DNA from: Escherichia phage CAU_ECP01
Reading direction: 5' to 3' (one strand)
DNA length: 64,000 nucleotides
Sequence record: PQ572755.1
The notes under the pieces: model-generated
Databases searched by the model: none
Told to the model about the DNA's origin: nothing
What the model saw: only the letters and a program-made list of their open reading frames with translations
Shown here: positions 51,292 to 63,760 of the stretch, in pieces
Numbering within the stretch: position 1 is the stretch's first letter
Layout of the letters: every line of letters starts with the position of its first letter
Program-made: the position numbers and the translations under genes

Positions 51292-52734
51292 TTAAGCTGT
51301 AGGAAGTTCAACCCAAGCACCATCTTTACGAACATAGAATTTACCGTCTGAAGGAGCATCTTCGATATATCCAGCCTCTTTAAGGGCTTGAATTTCTGCT
51401 TCTGCTGCAGCAAGGTCTGTTTCTAAAGTGGTAACACGCGTAGTTAAATCCGTAATTGTCGTGTCGTGGTTTTTAACTGTTGGCAATATACCACGTTCTT
51501 CTATGGTTTGACCGTTTGGGTTAGTGCCGCTTATAAGTTTATTTAAACTAGTTACTTGTCCTTTAATACCAGACGAATTAGTTCCCAATTCAGTTTGAAC
51601 GTTTTGAATGTTATTGCCTAGGTCGGTAACACCGGTTTCAAGAATACGAGTCCTATATAAAAGTGAACCAACCGGTTCAGGTTGTCCACCGTTTGAATCA
51701 ACTCCAACCACCTGATTAAGCCATGCTACATTAAAACGTAAACCACTAGAAGAATCAACACCTAAAACTGTGTTAATACCTGAAATGGAATCGGTATTTA
51801 ATTTGATCTTACCCTGAAGAGTAGTTGGTAAATCTGGAGAGCCTATAGTAGTTTCTAACGTTGTCAAACGTGGTTTAATACCACCAGGCGAGTTAATGTC
51901 TGAATTTATTGTTGATATAGAAAGACGATTGGCCTCGACTTGAGTTTTAATAGCGGTTGAATTAGGATATCCAACAAAATCTTTTAATGCCGCAATATCT
52001 CTGGTTTGGATAGAAATGGATGAATCAATACCGGATAAACGAGTGTAAACCGGTACTGTTAACGATGGTCTAGGACCTATTTCTTGACGGAGGTTTTCAA
52101 CTTCGGTTGTCAGAGCCCCAACATCAGAATCGGCAAATTTATTTTCTAACTCGGTTAAACGAACGCCTTGGTCAACCAACACTGAGCTGTTAGTAATAAT
52201 ACGTCGTTTCATCCCGGTGCTTTCATTACCTTCGGTCGGAACACCATTAATATCTTGTCCAGTATATTGCCCTAATTCGGTTTTAATCCAAAGAAGGTCG
52301 TTACGCACCGTACGATACACTGAATCTGTTTCTGGATTAACTACTCCGATATTAGCAATAGTATCATCTAGTTTTTCTTCAGTGTTTAAAATATCAACAC
52401 CGTGTGAATTTACAGTGTGTTTTAATACTTCAATATCATCAGTGTTATGTCCAATTTGTGCTAAAGCATCTACGTCACCAGAAACATCCAAGATACTTTT
52501 AATTGTGACAATATCAGCATTAGCGGTATCTAAAGATTCTGCGATAGTCTTAACGTTATCGTTAATTGTTTCTACATTTCGTTGAACTTCTGTTATTGGA
52601 CGGTTCATTACTCCTTCAGAACCGTATAACGTATCAGCGCCAGTTATTTCTTCTGAATTTTTAATCCAGTTTAAACGTTTTTGACCCTCATCAGGAGGGC
52701 CATCAACGTATGGTAGACTTTTTAATTCGATCAT
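51292..52734 (-). CDS. wac: fibritin (whisker antigen control)
   Basis: 480 aa, extended coiled-coil repeats, C-terminal foldon-like GYIEDAPSDGKFYVRKDGAWVEL. Confidence 0.85.
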   Translation of the reverse strand: MIELKSLPYVDGPPDEGQKRLNWIKNSEEITGADTLYGSEGVMNRPITEVQRNVETINDNVKTIAESLDTANADIVTIKSILDVSGDVDALAQIGHNTDDIEVLKHTVNSHGVDILNTEEKLDDTIANIGVVNPETDSVYRTVRNDLLWIKTELGQYTGQDINGVPTEGNESTGMKRRIITNSSVLVDQGVRLTELENKFADSDVGALTTEVENLRQEIGPRPSLTVPVYTRLSGIDSSISIQTRDIAALKDFVGYPNSTAIKTQVEANRLSISTINSDINSPGGIKPRLTTLETTIGSPDLPTTLQGKIKLNTDSISGINTVLGVDSSSGLRFNVAWLNQVVGVDSNGGQPEPVGSLLYRTRILETGVTDLGNNIQNVQTELGTNSSGIKGQVTSLNKLISGTNPNGQTIEERGILPTVKNHDTTITDLTTRVTTLETDLAAAEAEIQALKEAGYIEDAPSDGKFYVRKDGAWVELPTA

Positions 52735-52743
52735 TTTTTACCC

Positions 52744-54294
52744 TTAGTAATGGACTTTAATAATATAATTTAAAGATATATTCCATGGACGAGTCTCATA
52801 TCCGATAAGTCCTTCACGGTTAAGAGTGCCTGTTGCGTCGCGGTGACCACCTAATTCGAAGCCGTCATTTGTGAAATATGATGCGTTATCCCAATCAGCG
52901 TATTTTCTAGTACCCAAATAACCTTGATATACGGACGCTCCGAATGGTGCCTCATGACGTTGATATTCGCCCCATCCACCAGCGTGTTTATGATATGACA
53001 TTTGCTGTGCTTGGACACCACCAACATGCATACCGTCACATCCTACACCTAATCTATCCTTTCCATAGCCGTCTTGACCGCGATTATTTAAAATATGGCT
53101 GCCTGTACCAGCTCCTCTAACAAAAAGACCGCGCATGTCTGGAATTCCAGGATTATTCCAATCACCGCCAAATCTCGTTCCAACCACATTTCGATAGTCC
53201 GGAAATTGGTTCCCAGAAACGGTCCCGCCATGACATAAAACCCAACCTGGAGGAGCGCTATCACCTGCGAACATTTGAATTGTTCCAACAGGAACACGTT
53301 CAGATGCATATCGCTCTGTTGCAACCGGCTGGTCACCGTTTTTCCACATTCCGCCACGTGACCAAATTCCATTTGCTGTGAGATGGTCTAAATTTAAAGA
53401 ACCATTAATAGTTTGCCCACCGCGTGTATTAATTACATCCGCGTTCCATGCTAATGCTCCAGAGCTATCGCCTTCGGGTGCAACACCGGCCTGCGTCGTT
53501 AATTTTACGACTCCACGCATAGAACCGGTAGCTCCTCTACCATTTAGCGTTTCACCTGTTACAGCAACATCTCCTAAATTACTATTAATTTCCGCTTGTG
53601 TTCCTAGACGTATAACACCTTTATATTCTTGTGTTGCAACAGAATTCATAAAGGTGTATGGGGAAATTGCATATCCTTCGCGAAGAGTTCCTTGACGTGT
53701 TTGAGCCACCGTAGCTAAACGCACAACACCGGTAATAGATTCTGAAGCCGGGTCGTTATTAGGAGCTATTTGAGAAATTAATTTTATTGCTAATTGCTGA
53801 GTTTTAAGCGGTGTCATTGCCGTGGTATCATCAGACCCGGCAAGTGCAGCGGTTTGAGTTGCAATTTTAATAACACCATTAGTTGTTTCGGTGGAATAAC
53901 GAGTAGAGAACGTGTTATCAATAGTTTGGTCTAATTTAAGCGGAGTAATAGAAACAGTGTCTAAAGTGCCGGCAATGGCTTCCTCTTGTGTTGCATATTT
54001 AGTTACACCGTATTGTGTTTCTGACGCGTTCGGATACTGAAGTCTTGCATTTAATGTGGCGGGTGTAACGGCTTTAGTACTATTAAATCCATCAAGAACT
54101 TCTTGTTCTGTCGCTAATTGAATTACACCTTTTTCTGCTTCACTTGCGTCCGGAACACCTTTAACACCATACGCGCTAATTGAGGCTAAGGCTGCCTGGA
54201 CATTGGTTATTGAACTATCAAAATTTGACCCGGTAGGGTCAAATTCAACATATACAGATTCGTTCGAAACGTGTTGATATGTATTGTTACTCAT
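52744..54294 (-). CDS. 12: short tail fibre protein gp12
   Basis: 516 aa (T4 gp12 527 aa); synteny. Confidence 0.8.
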   Translation of the reverse strand: MSNNTYQHVSNESVYVEFDPTGSNFDSSITNVQAALASISAYGVKGVPDASEAEKGVIQLATEQEVLDGFNSTKAVTPATLNARLQYPNASETQYGVTKYATQEEAIAGTLDTVSITPLKLDQTIDNTFSTRYSTETTNGVIKIATQTAALAGSDDTTAMTPLKTQQLAIKLISQIAPNNDPASESITGVVRLATVAQTRQGTLREGYAISPYTFMNSVATQEYKGVIRLGTQAEINSNLGDVAVTGETLNGRGATGSMRGVVKLTTQAGVAPEGDSSGALAWNADVINTRGGQTINGSLNLDHLTANGIWSRGGMWKNGDQPVATERYASERVPVGTIQMFAGDSAPPGWVLCHGGTVSGNQFPDYRNVVGTRFGGDWNNPGIPDMRGLFVRGAGTGSHILNNRGQDGYGKDRLGVGCDGMHVGGVQAQQMSYHKHAGGWGEYQRHEAPFGASVYQGYLGTRKYADWDNASYFTNDGFELGGHRDATGTLNREGLIGYETRPWNISLNYIIKVHY

Positions 54295-54968
54295 GCGGTT
54301 CTCACAAAATAATAAAAGGTTGTAGGTGAAATATGGTTGTCAAGAGTAATGGTTTGCGCACCTAGTAAATTCCAAGTGCCGTACCCGGACTTAGCCTGAG
54401 ACACTATTTCTTGAGAAACCGTGATACCATAAGAGGAATACGTTGGGAGTACGTGTCTTTGGTTATCTAAATATGTTATTTGTAATTTAGTCCCAACAGT
54501 GGGGTCATCTTTATACTCTGCAATAGCCAATTGGTCGGAAATCGCATTCCGGAGAGTAGTACGTAATTGTACAACAAATTCGTCGGCGGTCATACCTACA
54601 GTAGCATTAACAGGAAGTCCATAAACTTTTACAATAACAGGGCTTCCATCGGGCAAACTAGGGTCAGTTACACTTCCACTAAAGGACCAATAATCTACCT
54701 GTGAAGTTCCTTCAGGAGATACACCTGAGGTGTTAATTGTAACTGTTCCTACATCTGCTCTAGCAATATTATGAACATCGTTTATTGCAGATTCTACGTT
54801 ATCATCATAGAATCCTTTTGCCAATTGAGAAATAGTTACAGAACCTACGCCTTGGTTGTTTAAAATATCAATTTGAGTAGGATTTTTTCTAAATCCTAAA
54901 AAATCTGCTTCGCGGGATATTACTCCCGCTTTAGTACTAAGTATGGTCATTATGCAATCCTTACCCAA
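54291..54968 (-). CDS. 11: baseplate wedge / short-fibre attachment protein gp11
   Basis: 225 aa (T4 gp11 219 aa). Confidence 0.8.
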   Translation of the reverse strand: MGKDCIMTILSTKAGVISREADFLGFRKNPTQIDILNNQGVGSVTISQLAKGFYDDNVESAINDVHNIARADVGTVTINTSGVSPEGTSQVDYWSFSGSVTDPSLPDGSPVIVKVYGLPVNATVGMTADEFVVQLRTTLRNAISDQLAIAEYKDDPTVGTKLQITYLDNQRHVLPTYSSYGITVSQEIVSQAKSGYGTWNLLGAQTITLDNHISPTTFYYFVRTA

Positions 54969-56764
54969 CGGTATACGGTAATTGACGGTTGAATATTATT
55001 TACAGCTTGAGGCGGTACGTGTGTACTATTCGTTGTGGCGTGGCCTTCACGGTATTTGGTGTATATAGGACCTTCTGCATCAGGGTCGTATTGACAACCA
55101 CCAATAATAATTGTACCGTTCTCATCGGAAATAAGAACTTTCTCGTCAGTTTGAGTAGGAGGTAAATCAGAATTAGTTAGTGTGTTAGACGTTGTTCCGA
55201 CTGTTCCACCGGCGGTATGTGTAGGATTCCCGCTAGAATCAAGGTCGTTATTATTTAATGCAAAATTAGGATCGCTAATATCGTCGTTCCATCCAACTAA
55301 TACTTTTCCTTGTCCCCATAATTTCCAAGAGCCAAATCCTAAATATGTGGCTGGGTTATTAGGGTTCACCGCATTTTCGTAAATAGTACCGACAGGGTAA
55401 ATAGTGTTAAAAATATTTGCAATAGACGAGAATTCCCTGCTATATGTCGGAACAGGTTCTACATTAGGCCATCCGATATTATTGAAATCGGTCAAAGCCA
55501 CATCGCCTGTCACATTTACGGTTGCACCTTGTGCGACATACCTTTCATCAGTTGTATCTAAAATGTCATCGATACTTAATAAAGTGCCTAAATCGTTATT
55601 AAACCATGTAATATCAATAATGTCTTGGTCTTCAAACTTACGGTCAAAGACTAAAGCACGTGCGATAGTTGCATCGTTATCATCATATTCAATAGAATAA
55701 TCTGTGTTAGATGTAACCCAAGTCCCACCTAAAGCTGAACACTCAGTAGAAGTTTCTGCGTCAGCTCCTTCACATCTGAACATAGGTAAACCAACAGTAC
55801 CAGCTAATTCTTGAAGAATACCGTTAAAACGAACTTCTAAAGAATTGGTATTGACCGGTTCTGAAGGATTAACTCCAAATGCGGAAAAAGGAATAGATTT
55901 CAAAGTTGACAAATCAGCGACATATACACTTCCTTCTAAGGAAGGACGGGTTGTTAATTTTGAATCTAAAATACGTATTTGGCGGCGAGAATAAGAACTG
56001 CGTAATTGTGTAATCCCATCCAAAAAGGTTTCAATTTGTACGGTGTCGCCAATATTACATGGTTGTCTTAAACGGATGTTTTTACCATCTAATGCAACGA
56101 TTTCTCCGGGATTAGCTCCTGGAGAACCAAAGTCGCTATTGTCACTGAACGCATCACCGTAGTATAATTCGTTACCACGATGTTTTACACGGATATTATT
56201 CACATTATAAGAAACAGACCCAAATACATCAAGAAAATCAGTTTGACCTTGAACTTCGACTAAAAATTCTTTACGAGCTACACTACTAATATCAGAACTA
56301 GTAATTTTGTCTATTTGTTTATTTTTAACGTATTCCCAGCGCCCAGGAGAACAGTAAACTAATTCTAAGTCTGAAAACTGCACATTGATTTCTACTGGGC
56401 TGGAAGAACCTTTAATAGTATCACCGCTGGCAGCAATTAATGTTACAGGGTTAATATTCCACGTGGCGAATACATCACGGGCTCTAATTACTTTATTATA
56501 ATCTTCCACTGTTCCTTTAGGTAAATTTATAGAAACACGCCCTGTTGAAGTATCAATTGCGTATGATTTACCCCATTCAGCAGCTAAATTAAGTCCATCT
56601 GAAGAATGGTATGTTTTCCAGGCACCAGCGGAATATGGAACTTCGCCATCGCCTAATTCATAATACAACTCATCAAAGTTTTCATTAATTTTTGCACCAC
56701 CACGACGAAGGTAATCGCCTTGTCCGTCATCAACGACGTTCCCAATTTTAATATTTTGTTTCAT
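54950..56764 (-). CDS. 10: baseplate wedge protein gp10
   Basis: 604 aa (T4 gp10 602 aa). Confidence 0.8.
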   Translation of the reverse strand: MKQNIKIGNVVDDGQGDYLRRGGAKINENFDELYYELGDGEVPYSAGAWKTYHSSDGLNLAAEWGKSYAIDTSTGRVSINLPKGTVEDYNKVIRARDVFATWNINPVTLIAASGDTIKGSSSPVEINVQFSDLELVYCSPGRWEYVKNKQIDKITSSDISSVARKEFLVEVQGQTDFLDVFGSVSYNVNNIRVKHRGNELYYGDAFSDNSDFGSPGANPGEIVALDGKNIRLRQPCNIGDTVQIETFLDGITQLRSSYSRRQIRILDSKLTTRPSLEGSVYVADLSTLKSIPFSAFGVNPSEPVNTNSLEVRFNGILQELAGTVGLPMFRCEGADAETSTECSALGGTWVTSNTDYSIEYDDNDATIARALVFDRKFEDQDIIDITWFNNDLGTLLSIDDILDTTDERYVAQGATVNVTGDVALTDFNNIGWPNVEPVPTYSREFSSIANIFNTIYPVGTIYENAVNPNNPATYLGFGSWKLWGQGKVLVGWNDDISDPNFALNNNDLDSSGNPTHTAGGTVGTTSNTLTNSDLPPTQTDEKVLISDENGTIIIGGCQYDPDAEGPIYTKYREGHATTNSTHVPPQAVNNIQPSITVYRWVRIA

Positions 56765-57627
56765 TATTGAGCGACCCTAATTTTCTGAGTTGAAATAACT
56801 TTAGCTGCCACTCGAAGACCATTTATATGTGAAGAAACTGTCATAGTGGCAAAATTGTTAATTATCGAAAAACTAATATTCGCAATTTCATCTTCTTCGT
56901 TATCATTACCAACGCGCATCACTGCGTATTCGGTTGAAATAACTCTTGAATTAATTGTATCTATTAGAATATTTATTTCGCATGATTTAATTTTTCTGCC
57001 GTTGGCAGATTGGCATGTAACCAAAAGTTTAGCAGCATTATATTCAGTTTTATAAAATAGAGGAATATTGACATAGTCTGAAATAATATTCCATGTCCCG
57101 TCTACAGGAATTTCGGTATGACTAAACATACTTTCTGTAGAATAATCCCATATTGAGCCGCCTGTACCAGAAGAAATACAACGAAGAGTAACTTTAGTAT
57201 AAGGTGTGGTTATAACTAAATTACCTGCAACACCTTTAATAGAATCTAATGCTTGGATACTTAATGGGTTGTTTACCGAAATTGACCCGTTTGAATTTAT
57301 AAATTCCACGGAATCACCGAGTTCACCTCTAGCAACAGTAACAATAACACCACCGGTGGAAGCATCTATATCGTGTCTACTTCCTACTGGAACAGGGGTG
57401 AAATAATCAGTAGGACCTCCTTTTTGGTAGTATCCAGTAGCATGGATTATTTGTCCATTTGGTCCTGTCCCATTAGCAGTTGCCATTTTTCGTTGGTCGC
57501 CAAACGCATTGTAAATAGCATTTATATCATTGTTTATTTTAACACCGCCGTCAAAAAGGATATCGCCTGTAGAAGCGTTACCAATTTCGCCAACGTCAAT
57601 CAATTGTTTTGGAGTTTGAATATACAT
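56764..57627 (-). CDS. 9: baseplate wedge / long-fibre socket protein gp9
   Basis: 287 aa (T4 gp9 288 aa). Confidence 0.8.
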   Translation of the reverse strand: MYIQTPKQLIDVGEIGNASTGDILFDGGVKINNDINAIYNAFGDQRKMATANGTGPNGQIIHATGYYQKGGPTDYFTPVPVGSRHDIDASTGGVIVTVARGELGDSVEFINSNGSISVNNPLSIQALDSIKGVAGNLVITTPYTKVTLRCISSGTGGSIWDYSTESMFSHTEIPVDGTWNIISDYVNIPLFYKTEYNAAKLLVTCQSANGRKIKSCEINILIDTINSRVISTEYAVMRVGNDNEEDEIANISFSIINNFATMTVSSHINGLRVAAKVISTQKIRVAQ

Positions 57628-57652
57628 GTGGCTAATCCTTAATAGTTTATAC

Positions 57653-57660
57653 TATTTATA
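57653..57660 (-). promoter_or_regulatory. late promoter (TATAAATA) for gene 9
   Basis: TATTTATA on the plus strand about 26 nt upstream of gene 9 start. Confidence 0.6.
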
Positions 57661-57667
57661 CACGAAA

Positions 57668-57685
57668 GGGAGACCGAAGTCTCCC
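57668..57685 (-). terminator. UUCG hairpin (GGGAGAC-UUCG-GUCUCCC) after gene 8
   Basis: Third identical copy of the 18-nt hairpin; followed on the minus strand by UUUCG and the gene 9 late promoter. Confidence 0.5.
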
Positions 57686-57689
57686 TAAA

Positions 57690-58694
57690 TTAGAACATAA
57701 ACAAAATATTGATCTCTTCGGTTTGGTCCATTGCCATAATAATAGGTGGACGGTTTTCCATATAAATCATTTCACCCGAATGACGCTGTAAATCTCTGGG
57801 GTCATAATAATCCTTTTCAGCTTTTATATTAGGGTCATTAGGACGGAGTTTAGCTTCTAACGGGTTTGTGATAATAGAAATTTGTCTAAATCCTTTATTA
57901 CCAGGCAGTGCTGCATTAGGGAAATAAACTGAGTCTAAATAGGCTTTAAAACGAATTATGTTTGCTTTAACTCTATACACAAGGCCAAAATCATCTTGTT
58001 GCCAGGTTAGATTGTTTTCATATCCCCACCGAGCAGGGTCTTCTTTAACTTCTTCCGGCCATGGAACGACTATATATTCATTAGTACATCGGTTTATAGA
58101 CACATCGGGTGGAATCTCATAAAGATACTCCCATATATATCCATCACCAACTTCGATAATCCCTTCAGCGTCTCCACGGCCTTCAGGAGGGGTTAAAGAC
58201 CTAACAGATGGAGTCCATTTACCGCCTAATTTAAGACATTCTTCTTTGTTGTCGAGAGACTCAATAGAACACATCCCAACATCAGGAACATCTACGCAAC
58301 GGTATACTAACCATCCAGCTCCGACTTCAGTGGCATTATATGGGGCTGTATTACATACGACTATATCATTTATTTTGAATGTATAAGGGTCCGGATAACG
58401 AATATCTCCCCAGTCACGTCTAGGAATAACCGAGTCTAACATAGATGGGATAACTTTAACTAAACCCATCATGTTAGTCCACATATCTGTTACACCTAAA
58501 ACCGAGTCTGTTGGATACGGTGGGGCGAAGCCCACCTCATTTTCATTAGCAGCCCATGGTTCAGACCGACCAAACGTTATAAAGATGGTGTTTTTATTAT
58601 CGCCATCACCTATTGAATTGTAAAAATTCAACATTTTTTCAGTTCTAAATTTTGAAGTAACTATCGCACGATAGACAACACTTGAATCATTCAT
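57690..58694 (-). CDS. 8: baseplate wedge protein gp8
   Basis: 334 aa as in T4 gp8. Confidence 0.8.
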   Translation of the reverse strand: MNDSSVVYRAIVTSKFRTEKMLNFYNSIGDGDNKNTIFITFGRSEPWAANENEVGFAPPYPTDSVLGVTDMWTNMMGLVKVIPSMLDSVIPRRDWGDIRYPDPYTFKINDIVVCNTAPYNATEVGAGWLVYRCVDVPDVGMCSIESLDNKEECLKLGGKWTPSVRSLTPPEGRGDAEGIIEVGDGYIWEYLYEIPPDVSINRCTNEYIVVPWPEEVKEDPARWGYENNLTWQQDDFGLVYRVKANIIRFKAYLDSVYFPNAALPGNKGFRQISIITNPLEAKLRPNDPNIKAEKDYYDPRDLQRHSGEMIYMENRPPIIMAMDQTEEINILFMF

Positions 58695-61600
58695 CTAATT
58701 TAACCTGTGGTGGATTAATCGGGTCTCTAGGATTTCCCACGTTATCTAACAATCTTTCATTAACAAGCTCTCTAAATCTAGAGAACGTTGTACCTGATGC
58801 ATCAAATAATGGGCTCATTGGCTTGCGTCGTTCGGACGGTAATTGTCCTTGGAAAATAGAGTTATCATTTTCTTCATTATAATTTGCAGGTAAAGGGTAT
58901 TCGATACCGGCATAAGGACCAGCATCATAAATTACTTCACCTGTAACAGGATTGAATTCTACATTACCTTGAGGGTCTAAACGAGCGACGCGGTCTGCAT
59001 ATTCCGTAGGCAGTCCGGAATCCCACTTATAATTTTTATATTTATTAATAATAGTTTCAACATGTTTAAGCGTTAATCCTGTATTAATAAACATTGTTAA
59101 TAAGGTTATTGCAATAAATCCAAATCCTACCGGATGTACAAAACGTAGTACGTCAGATTTCCAACGAGAGGATGGAAGATTTGACTTTATTTTCATGACG
59201 TAATAAGCTCTACCACGATTAAAATAATCGATAGTGTTTTGGGCAAGTTCTTTACCTTTAATACCGCGAACTATTTCACCTTCAAAATCTGCTAGTCTTT
59301 CGGCTTTTACTTCTTGACCGACTAAAAGCCTACCTAAAAGGTTATGAATAGTCACAGTCCATTGTAATTTACCTTTAGAATAGCTTCTTTCTAAATATGT
59401 AACATTACATCTACCTGTAGCGGTGTATATAGTTTGTCCAACCAAATCTTCACTTATAGAATCAGATTGAATTATGATATCGTACTCTGTTCCAGCAGAT
59501 GACTCAATTTCCACTTCAACGTCTTCGTTATAAAGAACTTTAAACAAAAACTTATACGACGCTTCAGTTCCTTTAGTAGAATAAAAATCATAACTTCTGG
59601 ACTCAAAGAACCTAGAAACTAAATCACGTTTCTCAGCATTCAAATAAATGTTCCGTTTATAAATTTCAGACCAAAGATATTCCCATGCGTGTTCTTCTCG
59701 TGGGTATTTATTTTTAATCAAATTCAATAAGTTATTATAATGAGTCCCGTATCCATCAGAAAGATATTGAATATACGCTTCACAAAATGCTTCAAAGTTT
59801 GTATTATCCAACAGATAAGACTCTGGCATCATTGTAGTGAGTAATGGGCGTAAATCCGGGTCAGCTAGACCTGTCTCTTCAACAGGAACCCAAGAAGTTT
59901 CTTTTTCTTGGTTTTGTAATGAGGCGGTCAAAAATACGTTAGTGGGCTTCCAAATTATAGAAACGTTATCTCTAACACGATAACTAAAATCATAATATGA
60001 AATTATTTCACCTGATGATTTATAAAACAACATACCAGATGCGTATTTTTTAAATCCAGTGAATTCTATATTCGGCATAACAATCTTACAATCGCCATCA
60101 TTCCAGTATTCGTGAACTTTACGATCAGGTGAAGTGCTAGGGTAGCTTTCCACTACCTTTGTGTAAAGCAAATCAGAATAAATCACTACCGCTCTATCAG
60201 AGTTATTAATCCAAGAACGTGTGCCTGATTTTCTAGAATAACTAAAGAAAGGTTCTGCATAATACTGCATAGGAGTTGGTGAAAAAGTTTCCCAATTACT
60301 TTCTTCGTTTGATGCGAAAATCATCATATGGTAATGTTTATCTGCGAGCCATTCTCTAGGATATTCATACTTAACTGCTCCAAAAAGTCCGTACTTAGAT
60401 TGCGTTTCTGGGTCGTCAACAATATCAGATTCTAAAAATTTAAAATTACTAGAAGAGATATAAAGCTCAACACCATCAGTAGACATATTGGTGAAAGCCG
60501 GTTCTATACGACGGCGTTCTTCTTCGGTATTACCAAATATCCTTTTAAATGTTCCAGCGTCATGGTCTAAAACGTATACACCTTTATCAACGGAATCCAA
60601 AATAGGCTTTGTTCTTGGGTCGTCATTAACGTTTTCAACTTCACCAATAATAAGAGCGAATATTCTTCCACCAACAGAATCCATTTTATAACAAACTGCT
60701 TTAGGGTTGCCTGTTATTGTAAACGTCTCAGGTTCAAACAACCGTTCGGAATAGGTCGGAGATAATGGATCTGAATCAATAGGAGCGTTACTGGTTTTAA
60801 CGAAGCGAACTTTATCTCTGGCCGCAATATAAACATAGTCATCATTACAAGTAATAGCTTCTGCAATACGTGATACGTTTCCTGGTAATGACGCGTATGT
60901 ACCGAAAATCTCTACATCAAAACCTAAATTTAATTGGTCCCCGATTTTAGCAAATGTTACGTCTTGTGAACTGAAACGAACATCATCAGCAGACCAACGA
61001 ATATCTGATGATTTACGCCCGTAAAAAATCTTATCATAGCCGAGCAAATACGTCGTATATTCTGATTGGTAATATACGGTTCGTGAAAGTGGATATCCTA
61101 CACGGTCATTAAGCAATTTAACCGCTTTCCATGTTTGGCCTTTATCATTAGATACTTTTACAATAGGTTGGAATCTTTCAAAAAGGTAAAGAATTCCTTC
61201 AGATTCCATTAGATATACTCGATTTATATCTTTACATACATCCTGGATATGCCCCTGGATTTCATGATACTGATTTTCACCAATTATAAAATTTCTAATC
61301 GACGACACATCGGTGTATGCAGGACTAAATTGGAACGACTCGCTCATCAGTGCTGCCATGATCGTGTCATTATTAAAATCAACGTAGTTTGTATTATTTT
61401 TTGTAAATTTTTCAGAAATAAACTCGTTAGCTAATTGCATTTCAATCATATGTTGGAATGTGTAAGCGTTTATTTCAAATGTTTCAAACTCTTCAGTGTA
61501 TCTCCAATCAGACTGCTCAAATCCCTCCGCTGCTGTAGCCACACGCATCATATATGTTGTTAATGAATTTAAACCAGACTCAAAGAAATTGTTATCAGCG

Positions 61601-61785
61601 GTATATCCTAAATTAGTCCATCTATAGCTATTACGGGGAATTTCTTCCCCGTTAGCTGTTTTGGTCTCAGCTATTTCCACAAAATAGTAGAAATTAGCGC
61701 CAACCTCATCCCAGCGAATTTGAACTTGGTTTGCGGACAATTTAGATAATCTGAGACTCGTGACTGCTGGCGCTTTTACTGTCAT
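58687..61785 (-). CDS. 7: baseplate wedge protein gp7
   Basis: 1032 aa as in T4 gp7. Confidence 0.85.
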   Translation of the reverse strand: MTVKAPAVTSLRLSKLSANQVQIRWDEVGANFYYFVEIAETKTANGEEIPRNSYRWTNLGYTADNNFFESGLNSLTTYMMRVATAAEGFEQSDWRYTEEFETFEINAYTFQHMIEMQLANEFISEKFTKNNTNYVDFNNDTIMAALMSESFQFSPAYTDVSSIRNFIIGENQYHEIQGHIQDVCKDINRVYLMESEGILYLFERFQPIVKVSNDKGQTWKAVKLLNDRVGYPLSRTVYYQSEYTTYLLGYDKIFYGRKSSDIRWSADDVRFSSQDVTFAKIGDQLNLGFDVEIFGTYASLPGNVSRIAEAITCNDDYVYIAARDKVRFVKTSNAPIDSDPLSPTYSERLFEPETFTITGNPKAVCYKMDSVGGRIFALIIGEVENVNDDPRTKPILDSVDKGVYVLDHDAGTFKRIFGNTEEERRRIEPAFTNMSTDGVELYISSSNFKFLESDIVDDPETQSKYGLFGAVKYEYPREWLADKHYHMMIFASNEESNWETFSPTPMQYYAEPFFSYSRKSGTRSWINNSDRAVVIYSDLLYTKVVESYPSTSPDRKVHEYWNDGDCKIVMPNIEFTGFKKYASGMLFYKSSGEIISYYDFSYRVRDNVSIIWKPTNVFLTASLQNQEKETSWVPVEETGLADPDLRPLLTTMMPESYLLDNTNFEAFCEAYIQYLSDGYGTHYNNLLNLIKNKYPREEHAWEYLWSEIYKRNIYLNAEKRDLVSRFFESRSYDFYSTKGTEASYKFLFKVLYNEDVEVEIESSAGTEYDIIIQSDSISEDLVGQTIYTATGRCNVTYLERSYSKGKLQWTVTIHNLLGRLLVGQEVKAERLADFEGEIVRGIKGKELAQNTIDYFNRGRAYYVMKIKSNLPSSRWKSDVLRFVHPVGFGFIAITLLTMFINTGLTLKHVETIINKYKNYKWDSGLPTEYADRVARLDPQGNVEFNPVTGEVIYDAGPYAGIEYPLPANYNEENDNSIFQGQLPSERRKPMSPLFDASGTTFSRFRELVNERLLDNVGNPRDPINPPQVKLDE

Positions 61786-63752
61786 TGTGAAATAGGCTCC
61801 AAATCTATGGTTAAATATTGTGGACGTAAGTCATTTTCAAATACAATTAATGACCCGTCTTTAGTAAAGATAACATCATCAGCTGGGTCTGAATAGAGTT
61901 CAATAGTTTGAACTTCAAATCTATCGGAAGTTAAATCAATTTTAGCTATATTCCAATAAATTGAATCAGCCGGATAATTTACTTCACCTATAGAGTAATA
62001 TTTGTTTCTTCCGTCCGTAACATGAAGTTTATTAAAATCGTCACCAGTATATGGTTGAATATAAGCATTTTCTATAACGTCACCATCTGCAAACGGGCCA
62101 ATAATAACTTGTCCAATGCCACGGTCATTTCTATCTGAACCTACAATGCGAACGTCATATTTAATAGTATCTTCCGTTTCAGGGTCAACGCGTAAACTAT
62201 CAAATGAAAACACGTTAGATTCTAATGTTCTATCTTTAATCTGGTTATTGTATTTAATACCTGTTTCAGGTGTTTTGTAGAAGTTCTGTACCTCGCGAAC
62301 CATTTGAATAGTCGCAGACGAACCAATGATAGAAATATCTGCGTCATCGACATACGTTAGCATTTTAGATTTTGCGAATGACGAGTTAAAAATTTCCACG
62401 TCTTCAATATAATACCGGTCGATTTTATTAATAATTTGGCCTTCTAACCATTGTTCAGATTCCTGTAATTTGTTCAATGCATACGTAACGCGAATATTCA
62501 TTTTAATAAACAAATAATCAGGAGAAATAACAACAGGAGTTATCGTCCCTAAGTTATACTCATTAAGATAATTTTTAATATCGTCTCGTTGGACGGAAGT
62601 CAAATATAACCCAGACTTAGGTTTAGCAGCAATAAATGCGTACCCAGGCTTAGATGAATCCGTAAATGTCTGAACTGCTTGAATAATAGAACCAAATCGT
62701 TCAGAGACGAATGTGTCGTAATCGGTCGCAGTCACACATCGTTGTTGAGTTTCGCGTTTAATTGTACCTAATTCACGGATACGTTCAATATCTTCAGGGT
62801 CGCCACCGCCATCCGCACCAACGAAGTCAGGGTTATTACTTGGGTTTTCATTAATTCCAATAACTGTGATATTAGCTAATGTATCAGCATAAGAGAATCC
62901 TACTGCACCATTTGCTTCAGCACCATTAGTAGAAATATATTCAATTACGATTTTAGAACCCTGGACAGGTTTAAGGCCGCCAATGTAGTTAGATGTTAAA
63001 GCACCTTCTGACGTGTTAATAGAGATTTCACCTTCACCAAAATAAAATTCAGTGTTCCCGTCAACAGTTTCTCGCATATAATAAATGGTTGAAGTAGAAC
63101 CAGCATGAACCATCGATTTGCGAGTCCAGTTAATCCATTCTGCTCCGTCAACATACAATTTAACCAAATTACGGTCAATGTTCTTATCACGAATAATGAT
63201 AGGTTTTAATTTATCAAATGTTAATTCAGTACGAACAATACGTCCCTGAGCTAACCTAAGACGTGGGAAATATTGATTATTTTTGTCTTTAACTACAATG
63301 ACGTCTTCTGTGGAAACAAAGTTATATGGATTTACAGAAGTACCTTTAGCATACGCCAGGAAACGAGTACCACGTGGAATAGTGATATAGTTTCTATTTA
63401 ATGCATCCGTACATGTGAGCATAATTTCTGTTTGTGCTGCCGATTTGGATGCAGGCAGATATCCATTATCTTGAGCCGCTTGTACAACGGAACTGCGCAA
63501 GTTAGCAGTACGCATAAAGCTTTCATACACTGCACTATTACTGAACTGTTGGATATAAAGAGTATTATATGCTAAAAGGTCACACAATACGTTTAAACGC
63601 GAACCTTCAAAATCATAATCAAGAAATTCGTTCTGTCCATTGAGCCATTCGATTATATTTGTTTTAATTTCGGCAAATGTGCCCCCGATAAAAATTTCGG
63701 GAATAGCATTCGCCGTTCTGACTAACTGATAATTTACAGGAGTGTTTGCCAT
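61782..63752 (-). CDS. 6: baseplate wedge protein gp6
   Basis: 656 aa from MANTPVNYQLVRTANAIPEIF (T4 gp6 N-terminus); the track ORF adds 19 codons that overlap the end of gene 5. Confidence 0.85.
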   Translation of the reverse strand: MANTPVNYQLVRTANAIPEIFIGGTFAEIKTNIIEWLNGQNEFLDYDFEGSRLNVLCDLLAYNTLYIQQFSNSAVYESFMRTANLRSSVVQAAQDNGYLPASKSAAQTEIMLTCTDALNRNYITIPRGTRFLAYAKGTSVNPYNFVSTEDVIVVKDKNNQYFPRLRLAQGRIVRTELTFDKLKPIIIRDKNIDRNLVKLYVDGAEWINWTRKSMVHAGSTSTIYYMRETVDGNTEFYFGEGEISINTSEGALTSNYIGGLKPVQGSKIVIEYISTNGAEANGAVGFSYADTLANITVIGINENPSNNPDFVGADGGGDPEDIERIRELGTIKRETQQRCVTATDYDTFVSERFGSIIQAVQTFTDSSKPGYAFIAAKPKSGLYLTSVQRDDIKNYLNEYNLGTITPVVISPDYLFIKMNIRVTYALNKLQESEQWLEGQIINKIDRYYIEDVEIFNSSFAKSKMLTYVDDADISIIGSSATIQMVREVQNFYKTPETGIKYNNQIKDRTLESNVFSFDSLRVDPETEDTIKYDVRIVGSDRNDRGIGQVIIGPFADGDVIENAYIQPYTGDDFNKLHVTDGRNKYYSIGEVNYPADSIYWNIAKIDLTSDRFEVQTIELYSDPADDVIFTKDGSLIVFENDLRPQYLTIDLEPISQ

Positions 63753-63760
63753 TTTAATTC